This document shows, in pieces, positions 52,856 through 64,000 of a stretch of DNA of 64,000 nt. Every line of letters begins with the position of its first letter. Position 1 is the first letter of the stretch. Source of the stretch: Yuukianura sp. NJ FZ-2021. Its lineage: Eukaryota. The stretch is taken from contig CM102287.1 in the NCBI GenBank assembly GCA_046563655.1, positions 3,038,001 to 3,102,000 on the forward strand, given 5' to 3'. A model generated the notes under the pieces. It was not told the DNA's origin, did not search any database, and saw only the letters and a program-made list of their open reading frames with translations. Position numbers and translations under genes: made by a program.

Positions 52856-53059
52856 TTACTTACAAAATAGAAACATAGACAAAGCTATTAGGGTCACAGA
52901 GGAAATGAAGATTGTTCCAAAAGAGGCAAGGATGACGAGTGTGGTCACTGCAAAGGAACGCAGAGGTGGAATAAATGGAGCACCGAAGAGAAGGAAGGCC
53001 AAGGAACTAAGGAAAAGTACACTCAAAGTTAAAATTAACTTGGGAGATTTGTAAATCAT
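52856..53059 (-). CDS. Possible small two-TM membrane protein
   Basis: ATG-initiated 67-codon ORF with two hydrophobic stretches separated by PFIPP, ending at a consensus donor (t|gtaagt, 52863). The downstream exon is ambiguous and no family is recognised. Confidence 0.35.
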   Translation of the reverse strand: MIYKSPKLILTLSVLFLSSLAFLLFGAPFIPPLRSFAVTTLVILASFGTIFISSVTLIALSMFLFCK

Positions 53060-53117
53060 GATTAACTTTTAACAAAAAGTGGCAGGGGTGTTCCTGTTTC
53101 TAAGTTAAGTTTGCGAA

Positions 53118-53694
53118 CTAGAGTGTTACAAAATACTCTTCTTCGAATTTCCTAAAATCTTCTTCGGTGAAAACAGTTTTCTCGTTTTTGGAATTGGCAC
53201 TGCCGGATTGATTGGCTGCTGCTGCTTTCTGCTGCCTCTTCTGTTCTGCCTTCTTCTTTTTGGAAACTTTACTGCTCGCTGGTGTCTCCAGTACTTTCAA
53301 GAGTTTGAGGTTCTGCTTCACCAGTTTATGTTCTTGCTGCTTCTTCGTAAGCTTCCGGTTCTTGCTCTTGGCTCCTTTTGCTACAACAAACAAACCAATG
53401 ACACGAATTAAAATCACACAAAGATGCAAAATACCGCAAGAAAAACTAAACTGCCAATTCGCATTTCGTTTGAGCCCATGGTCAAAATTTTTGTACGATG
53501 GATTAGATTAGCAATCTCTCCATGATGTTACTGTTTACACCTCTCATTACTAATTGACTTAAATGGAAAGAAACTAAATGTTTACCAGTGCTTTCCCTGT
53601 CAGCTTTTGTTTTTGCAGACTTCCTAACTTTGGCAGGTTTCGTTTTGGAATCGTCGTTGAGTTCCAGTGCTTTCCGCACCAGTGACATGGACAT
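53118..53694 (-). CDS. RPS19BP1: Active regulator of SIRT1 / ribosomal protein S19-binding protein 1
   Basis: Exon 1 MSMSLVRKALEL... (53694-53586) and exon 2 (53380-53118) with NLKLL and the family C-terminus TVFTEEDFRKFEEEYF. Confidence 0.88.
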
Positions 53695-54353
53695 CCCTCC
53701 GCCTATGTAATAATCAACTTACTACGGAAATCACAGGATCATTAACAATTTGCTAATTAACAACTTAATTAACTCCAATTAATTAATTACAAATTAACTG
53801 AACATGTGAAACGTGAATTTTTAGAGGCAATCGATGAAATGAATGAATGACAAAAGAGAAAGACGAGAATTATAAAAACAGATGGTAAGATTTGAATTTT
53901 CGGTTTCGATTCCCGCTGTATCGGTTTTGGGGCACGCTGAGACACTTTTCTTTGCAATTCTTGGAACAATAAGAGATTTAATACTACTGTCCGAAAAATT
54001 GATACTTTTTATACAAAAAATATTTTATGTACTACAATGTAACTTTTGTACAATGTAGCTCATGTACGATGTAACTTATGCAATTTATTTAAATGTAATT
54101 TAAGCACATTATACGCACAGTGTTAGTCAGAAGTTGGATCTTTGAGAACCTATTTTAAGATTCAGTTTCAAGCAACGGGATTTTTTGAACGCCGAATGTG
54201 GAACCCTTAAGGGCACCTTAATTAGAACAACAGTTAGGACACTGGACTAAGGAAATCCGTGTTCAAATAGGTTCAAACAAACCAAAGATTTGTGAAAAGC
54301 GAAAAACTATACACATTTCAAAAATTGATACAATTTTAAGTTGAAAATTAAAA

Positions 54354-55992
<1,639 letters not shown>

Positions 55993-56097
55993 ATTTCAAC
56001 GTTATGTTAAAACTTAAGTTAAAATCATTCATTTTAACTTTTTATTTTAACTTTTTTCACTTTTTAACTTATTAAAAACTTTTCAAGACGCTGATTT

Positions 56098-59083
56098 TTA
56101 GTTTTGATTTTGTTGTGCTTCAGCTTCAGCTTCGCGCTGTGCATCCCAAGCCAGTTGCTTCTTGTAGGCCAGGGGCAGAAAAAAAGTGATTGACGAAGCC
56201 ACGATGATGAGGGCACCAGAGGTCATGAAGGCCAGTTTGAAGTCTCCCGTGGCAGCACGCATCCCAGCTTACAATTTCAAAAAAATTCAAAATTTCACAA
56301 AATTTTCAAAATTTCATAAAATTTTCATTCGTTCCAATTTACCAGCCATTGGGCTGGAAGCGATTGCCGCCACCCCTTGAAACGACAAGCAGAGTCCAAA
56401 CGCTTGAGTCAACACAGATAGACCGATGTAGTCACGGATCAAAATAGAACGTAAAGTTGCAAAGCACGCTGAAATATTCAAAGGTCAAAGGTCAAAGGTC
56501 AGAATCAGACAGGTCAAAGGTCAAAGGTCAACTTACCCATTGACCCTCCAAAGACAAGTGCATATGGAATGTAAAGCGAACTTGAACCGAACGTGAGAAA
56601 CGGCAGGACAAAGGTCACAGCTCCAGCAAGTATCCCTGAGATATTGTTGACATAAAGTGAGTTGACCTTTGGACTGTCACTGAAGTAGCCACAAACGATT
56701 CGACCAATCGTATTCGCCATGCCCATGAACGACAACAGGTAAGGGGCAATGTCCGGCCCAACTCCATTTGCGATTGCGAGTTCTGAGGTCAAAGGTCAAG
56801 AAAGGTCAATGACCTTTGGGGTCAAAAAGTCAAGGTCAATGACCTTTGAGGTCAACAAGTTACCTGACAAGTAAATGTAGGGCACGGGGTAGCCCAGGGT
56901 CATGAGAAATCCGTTGATGGCGATGAGCCAAAAAGCCGGCATTGAAGTAATTCGGATCGAACGCAACTTTTTACAAAACCGTTCCATGCAGGTCGGTTTT
57001 TTGGTCGGTTCTTTGACTTGTTCCGGTTCCGGTTGGTCGCCACCGGATCCCGACAATTGGCTTCCGATACCGGTATGTTTCGAAGACGAAAAACGACGAC
57101 GCAACTCCGATGCCGTTTCGTCTCCGGTCGGTTTATGCTTTCCTTTAGGAATGGTGTAGACATACTTGACCTGAAAGACGCATCAGAAATCAGCAAACCG
57201 GTACCGTACCGTTTCGTTTCGGAAGTGAACTTACCCCATCTTGATCTCGGACGTTAGTGCTACCGCCAATATAAGCTTCAGGCCGAGCTGTAGGTCGGTT
57301 CATGTCTGTCGGTACTTTCACTACCGGTACATCTCCGTCCGCACCTTCAAAAGCAATTTCGAATCCCGGATCGGCTCCGCCTTCGGCATCTAAAAACCGG
57401 AACATTTCGAATCAGCCAATCAGCGCTTAAGCGCTGATTTTTTGTAAGTAATGTAATTTTACCGATGTTTGATTCCCGACTAAAAGCTCCGGTTGGAAAA
57501 TTGTATGAAATGGCAGACCGACCTTGATCGTTGGTTTCCGTACCGACTCGGATCAAGTTCCGAGCTGAAGTGGTTCTCGGTGGGAGTCCACTCTTGACAA
57601 TGTCGTCCACATTGATAAACCTTTTGCGAAGTGAGAAACCGGACCCCTTGTCCCCGACCTTGAGCGTTCCGGAACTCCCGGTTCGCGATAAAACGTCAGT
57701 AGTACCGACTCCGGGTCGACGACGGTACATCTCAGCCATTGCAACTCTCATTCTGTTTGACATTTTGGTCAGAGTCTTGAAACAATCTGTCGAAACAACA
57801 ATTTTTCCGAAATTTCAATTTCTTAGAAAATCCAACAATTCCAATTTTGTTAAAACGGTACCATCTCCGTAGTAATCGGATTCCAGGGGACTAGAAATAT
57901 TTAAGAAAGTAGGTGGAAACTTGAAAATTTTCAAAATGCAGTAAGAATTTGTAGAAAATGTTGAATTTTAGCTTATGGGCTTCAAAATTTTAAATAAAGT
58001 TCGAAATTTTGGAAATTTTTTCAAAAAAAAGTTACCGGTAGAGGGCGCCGATCATGGAACATCCAAAAAGAATACAACCTTGGACGATGATGGCACCTTG
58101 CCAGTCAATTTGTTCGATCAGATATTTCGTCAGCAGAGCCATGATGAATGTGCCGCACCTAAAAAATTTACCTTTGACCTTGAAGTTGACCTTTGACCTT
58201 GACATTGACCTTTGACCCTTACCCGGTTCCACTAATTGCAAGTCCGACCGCGAGGGCTCTGTTTTTGTCAAAGTAGTAGCCGACACAGATGACTGACGGC
58301 ATGTAGATCATACCGGTAGCGAGTCCGGCAATGACGCCGTAGAACACATACATGAACGGCAGGCGCGGCAAACCGGTATCCACATGTGACGATACACCGA
58401 CAATCACAAACGAAAATCCCGCCACGAACGAACCGAACATCGAAACGGCACGGAATCCAAACTTATCTGCCGCTACCGAAGTAAGTGGACCTTGACACAC
58501 AAAGCAAATCACTAGTAAAAACCGAACTAAAAACCGGAAAAACTGTTTCGTACCGGACAAAAAGTTGAAACCGAGAATGAGACTTCCGGCCCAAGCGACT
58601 CCCGCTTTTTCCGGATCGTTTTCCTTCCCATGTACTTTGTACTTCTCATAAATTTCTTGTTGGATCAGCGCAAACGCAAAGATCGTTCCGTCCACAAAGA
58701 CGTTGGACAGGAAAGCGATAAAGACGATGAACCAGCCCCACCCACCGTCCGGTGGGGTTATGATGTCCTCTGGACTCAGCTCCACGTCCTTGTACCCCAT
58801 CACCTATATAATACAAAGGTCAATGACCTCTGAACCCCATAATCCCCACAACCCCATGATCCCCATGAACCCCGCTGACCTTGAGGGGAATGGCTCTCTC
58901 CTCTCCTCCAGCCGCAAAGAACCCCAGCATGCCTTGATCCACTTCGATTGGCTTTGGTGGGCCACCCATAGACCCACCATCTAACCCACCAAGCCCACCG
59001 TCTTTCACTTGCCCCGCCGCAGGAGGTGGGTCACCGCTGCTCCGTTGTGCATTCGCAGCGTCCATTTTTTCTTTTGAGGCCAT
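56098..59083 (-). CDS. Monocarboxylate transporter family (SLC16, MFS)
   Basis: PPDGGWGWFIV N-terminal signature, GPLTSVAADKFGFRAV, GYYFDKNRALAVGLAISGTG, a long central loop, GMANTIGRIVCG in the C-terminal half, and a stop at 56098-56100. Confidence 0.93.
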
Positions 59084-59558
59084 CGCTCAGGTCAAAGGTC
59101 AGATGATTTCAAAAAATTAAAAGTACAAAAACAACAAAAAATTTCAAATCGAACAAGGACAAGTTTTTTAAAAAGTACAAAATTACACTACAATAAATAA
59201 TTCCAAAATTCCACAAAATGTAGAGAATCAAATAAAGTTCAAAATTTCGAAATTGGAAGAGTAATGTGTGTTTTCATTGTCATTGACCTTTTGAAGTGGT
59301 TAACATTGGTTACCGAGGGCTTTCCGATTCCGTATATGATTTTTAGTTTTAAAAAATTGATTATTGAAAAGTGTTTTTTTTTTTCAAAATTGATGTCAAA
59401 ATGTTGCGTAAGCTTCGTCATTAATTATTACTGTGAAGGAAACTTAAAGGTTACAAATTTAACAACTTATTGTTAGTTTCACTTTCTATTTCCATTTTTT
59501 GAATTCAATTTATTTGAATTTTTGAAATTACGATTGCATTGTTATTGTTTGGTGAAGT

Positions 59559-59564
59559 TATAAA
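59559..59564 (+). promoter_or_regulatory. Candidate TATA box of the secreted orphan gene
   Basis: TATAAAGG lies 59 bp upstream of a start codon in good context (accATGa, 59618). Confidence 0.4.
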
Positions 59565-59617
59565 GGGAGAGGTTTTTAGAAAACAGAAGTTTTTTGAAAA
59601 TTGTTTGATCAAATACC

Positions 59618-60296
59618 ATGAAGGACCTAACGAAATATTTGTTACTATTTTGTATTGTGGCCATTTCAAGTCCAAATGGTAAGAACCAAATTACATAATA
59701 CATAATTTTATATAAGATTAGTATAAGTTAACATTAGGAACATTACCATTTAGACGTGAATTCGAAAGAGACAGGGTTCTATGAAGCATTATGGTGCGTA
59801 ATCAGGAAATATTTTTTTCCGGATCTGGAAGCTTCCGCGGGCAAATCGCAACTTGAAAACCTTGGGCGTAGTTCCAGATTCAAACGATCAGCAGCTGAAA
59901 AGCCACCGCATTGGAAAACGTAAACTCAAAAATTCAAATTTCAAATTCAAAATTGCATTTTCAAATTCAAAATTTCAGTTCTCTTTTCCTCAAAAATTTT
60001 GATTTTTACTAAATTCGTCAGCCAGACGTGAATGATTAAAATAAAATTCATCGTGTGTTTAGATCTTTCCTGAAATTTTGGAAAGCCAATGCAAAAAGTC
60101 GTTCCCACTTTTATGAAAACTACAAACCGGCACCCTTCGTACCGGTGAAGCCGTATCGTCGAACACGACCGACCACCACTACATTAAAACCGGCAGCACC
60201 AGCCAATGGTACTGCTGGTGCCCAGCCGATGGTGCACCGCCACCAGCAGCACCAGCCGCCGGTACAGAAGCTCCTGCCCCTGCAGCAGGAACGTGA
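59618..60296 (+). CDS. Orphan secreted prepropeptide-like protein (3 exons; apparent 1-bp frameshift near 60221)
   Basis: Exons 59618-59678, 59738-59919 and 60063 onward splice in frame to give MKDLTKYLLLFCIVAISSPNGTLPFRREFEKTGFYEALWCVIRKYFFPDLE...GRSSRFKRSAAEKPPHWKTSFLKFWKANAKSR...RPTTTTLKPAAPANGTAGA. It has a signal peptide and an RFKR furin site. Confidence 0.7.
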
Positions 60297-60373
60297 TCGA
60301 CGCCAGCCTGGTTCAACTTTTTTTGATTTTTATTGGTTACAAATAAAAGTGTACACTTTTTTTTAAAAGGAGA

Positions 60374-61902
60374 CTAAAAACTAATTCTATCCGAATCCAT
60401 GCGGATTTCGGAGCAAGTTGACACTGTAAGTGAAACTGCTGATGGAAAAGTTTTGTTGTGCTTTTTGATTGGACAGCAGCAACAGAGTTTGCGTAGCTCA
60501 TCACGCATGTCACTGTCGAAAACAATATGGAGGACAGGACAAATAGCCGAATTGCAATGAATCAGCCAGTAGACGCCGTCTGATAAATCTGGCGGAAACG
60601 CTTTAGGAAAAAAAGCACCAACCTAAAACAGATTATCAAAAACTTTGCAAATGAAAAAACGGCGAAATAAAAGTGTCGAAAAGTTAAAACTTCGAAAAAA
60701 AATTAATTTTTCTGCTAAACTCTTAAAAATACCCGTCTTACCCCAAAGTACAGGAAAAATAGAATTCGGCTGAGGACGAACGAAACCAAAAGGGCAAGAA
60801 TTAGCGGTTGCTCTTTTCGTGCCTGATTTTGAGTTAGTAGAATTTGATTCGTTTCCATAATAATTGCTAAGCTCCAGTTCCTTTGTTTGGTGTTAACGGT
60901 CCCATTTCTTGAGATAAACTGCGATCCGGTGTTGTAAAATAAGCGATTGTGGGACTTTTGTCTCAGTAGAATTATGGCATAAACGGGACAAATCGCCGAC
61001 AACAGAAATGGAACATAAAATCCAGTCAAGCCGACATACAATGTCTACAGAAAAAAAATTGAATTTTCAAAAAATAATACAATTATTGTCGAAAGTTTTG
61101 TGTTTAGAAAATTTTACATAGTAGCTGTTGCTGTCTACTTCGTAGCCACAACTTGTCGAATTTGAATTCGGAGAAATTGAATCAGCTGATAAATTCTGCA
61201 TAAAACTTGGTCCCCAACTTAAATTGGCCACAATCCACAAAAATCCGATAGTCAAAACATGCATTTGAATTGAATCGCGGTATTTTCCTGGAGCTCGAAC
61301 CATCACAAAATGGTTCATGCTAAAACACATAAATTCAGAAAAAAATTTATAAGCTAGTTTCCACAAATTGTATTTCGGAAAATTGTATTTCGGAGAATTT
61401 GCATGTCGCTTTTTTGACAAAAGTGTTGAAATCCTTACAAAAGTGCCGTGTAGCCATAGGATGACACCACAATGAGGTAGTAGTCCCAGTAAGTCCAGGC
61501 AGCACAAAGTGACGTACCAAACGGAAACTGTCGCAGCACAACTACGACAGTCATTAACGGCAAAACTAAAATTCCTGAGCAAATATCCACGATTGCCAAA
61601 TTCATCAAGTAGCAATCAGTCGGATATCGACCAGAATCGGCTCCTTTTCGCCACAATCCAACCACTATTAAACTATTTGTCACTAGAATCCATAAGTTGA
61701 ACAGTACCAAGGTCACTAGAAGAAGCATCCCTGGAATCGTCAAGGTCACGCCATTTCCCCCCTTGGGGTAAAACGAAACGTCAAGGTCAAATGATGGACC
61801 ACCAGTCGTTGGAGCCTCCACACCGCCGAAAGTAGTTGTTAAAGTGTTGTTCATTTCTAAACTTTTTCCAAAATCAAAAATTTTTGTAAAAACTTCAACC
61901 AT
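60374..61902 (-). CDS. Divergent class A (rhodopsin-like) GPCR, aminergic-receptor-like
   Basis: Four exons (about 61902 or 61854 to 61439, 61319-61118, 61044-60742, 60622-60374) give 7 TMs: TNSLIV, YLMNLAIVD, FPFGTSLCAAWTYWDY, LW, GFYVP, LLVSFVLSRILFF, YWLIHCNSAICPVLH. Helix 8 is followed by CCCC. Confidence 0.85.
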
Positions 61903-62296
61903 TTTCCCAAAGATTCTTGAAAAGTGATTTTTTCAATTTTTTTTTTGGCAAACTTTCACTTTCTTAGTGCAAGATCTGTCTAATGTGTAGTTTTTGCCAA
62001 CTGTAGCGTTTTTTGGCGACATGACTAAATTTTTTCTTGGGTTCCATTAAAATGATTGATATGTTGAGAAAGTCGATACGAAAAATTATTTTTGAGTTGA
62101 AAGCTTCTCAATGTCAAAGATTTAATTATGCAAGAAGCGTTTCGGTAAGTGCATTAGACTATAAGGGATTATGATGAAACGATGACAAGCAGACAAATGA
62201 AACAAAATTTTCAGAATTTTGGAAAAATTTTTGCTCAAAATTTCAACATTTCAAATCCAACTCTTGAAATTTTTCTCCGAATTCAGTTTAAATCCT

Positions 62297-63556
62297 TTAA
62301 TTACTTTTTCCTAACTTAAAATATTTATATGGTTTATACCCAAATAATTGGAAATCTCTTTTGTACTTAACATATAACTTTTTTATGTCGCTTAGCGTTA
62401 GGTTATTAAAGTATTTGTTAACAATCCACCTCTGTCCGCTTCCAGTGCGATGTGACCAACCTAAATTTGGAGCGTCGATTCCCGCTGATTTGATTGGTCG
62501 CTGAATTTGGTCTTGGAAGTGATCCAGCTTCACTACAAAGTCATACCGTGTTGCACATGGAGAACAAAGACGACTCATCGGCATCCAGTGCTCGTCAAAC
62601 CTGTAACAAAATCAAGAAATTGACCTTTGACCTTTGACCTTTAAGAAATTGAACTTTGACATTAGATTTATTGCTCACCTTGAAATGGAAGTTTTTAGCA
62701 AGTATGAAATGAATTCGGACCAAGTCGGAGCACGTGTCGAATTGAATTCTCGTGCTGGCAACATGAATTTTCCGTAATTTTCGTAGTAGTAGCCATTTCT
62801 AAAATGAAAAGAAAAAAGTTTGACCTTTGACCCAGATTTCTTTTCTGCAAGTAAGAACTTTGACCTTTCATCCAGATTTCTCTTATGCAAGTAAAAATTT
62901 TGACCTTTGACCTTGTTTTATTTTTGTACCTGAAGCGCATGTCACGCTCTTTGTCTTCCAACTTGTCTCTGTAGGCACTCACGAGTCGTTCGAAGGGGTC
63001 ACGTGACACCATGAACTTCGTTGTGGAGGTCAAAGTCAAAATGTTTAGTAAATTCTTCAAGGTCAACTTGGGATACTTCTCTCTCAGGATTTTGTGAACT
63101 TGAAAAGTAGAATTTGTGGAGTTGGTGGCGACAATGTCGCCATTTTCGTCTTCAGTGACGGCGACAACTCCAGCCAGACGCAGAAACAGTTTGGTCAAGG
63201 TCGTTGACCCCACTTTGGGCACTTTGCACCACAGAAGACCACGCCCACTGAAACTGTTGTTGTAGTGGTAGAAGTATGTTGGATTGATTCTAAAATTTCG
63301 AAATTTCAGCAAAATATAGATTATCCAAATTTTGAAATTTTGAAAATTTCGAGTTTTACCTCTCTCGAACTCTGTAGTTTTGGCAAAGTTTGAGCAAACG
63401 AGCACTGGAATTGTGGTACTGCTTTTGTGGAAAAAATTTAGAAATTTGTGAAATTTCTAAATTCTTGAAAATCAATTTATAGTTAAATCCAAGCAGAAAT
63501 CCAAGTCCAAACAACCAAAAAAGTACAAAGTACTTCATACTCCTTACAAAGTCCAT
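62297..63556 (-). CDS. Golgi carbohydrate sulfotransferase (Sulfotransfer_2; CHST8-14/HNK-1ST-like)
   Basis: N-terminal signal anchor, 5'-PAPS motif WCKVPKVGSTT, 3'-PAPS motif KFMVSRDPFERLVSAYRDK, PTWSEFISYL, DEHW-x6-CSPC-x3-YDFVVKLD and YKRDFQLFGY. Confidence 0.93.
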
Positions 63557-64000
63557 CACTACATGAATCTAACGGTTCAAAATTTCAAGAAAATTTCAAA
63601 ATTTGTAACTTTGTGTACTCAAAATTCGAAATTGCTCAATTAGCAACTAATTAACCCCGTTGCAAACTAACCTAAATGCCAACCAAATTTCAAAATTAGC
63701 TTTCAAATCCACTAAAAGTGAACAACAGTTAATTTTAAGTAGTCAATACCAAACTCATACTTAAATATACTTTAACTAAAGTTTATATATTATAATATAT
63801 TATATTATAATACCACATATTTCAATATGTTCATGATGTTGTTATCGGAACCTCCGGCTTCAATAAATTGTGGCCCGGTATGACGGAATATCTAAGGAAT
63901 AAAAGAAAAGCTGTAAATTTTTTTGCACAGATTCGTCAAAATTGTTCAGTTTTTGATAAATCTTTCGAAAATAGTTTGAAAATTTTCTGACACTGAAATT

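Overview
AT-rich, gene-dense animal genomic DNA with many short (about 50-150 nt) introns. The proteins look arthropod-like; the organism cannot be fixed from sequence alone. Manually spliced genes, in order: the 3' part of an E-protein/daughterless bHLH gene (+), two ZP-domain cuticle/apical-matrix genes (-) with an 84-aa two-exon orphan between them, TMEM161 (-), two tandem diverged NDUFA4/COXFA4 paralogues (+), cytoplasmic dynein intermediate chain (-), a C2H2 zinc-finger gene (-), AROS/RPS19BP1 (-), a trypsin-like protease (+), an SLC16/MCT transporter (-), an orphan secreted prepropeptide (+), a class A GPCR with altered activation motifs (-) and a carbohydrate sulfotransferase (-). Mobile DNA: a 2.3-kb foldback element with 1032-bp inverted arms and a 6-bp target duplication, nested in a smaller TIR element inside a TMEM161 intron; a 307-bp MITE; and a DINE-1/Helentron-like element with a G-rich 21-bp array. 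The most unusual signals are the intronic giant hairpin, the window-wide TGACCT(T)/AGGTCA arrays that fill whole introns and enter coding sequence, the NDUFA4 pair, and the atypical GPCR lying tail-to-tail with an orphan peptide precursor. Exon boundaries were read by eye and may be off by a few bases.
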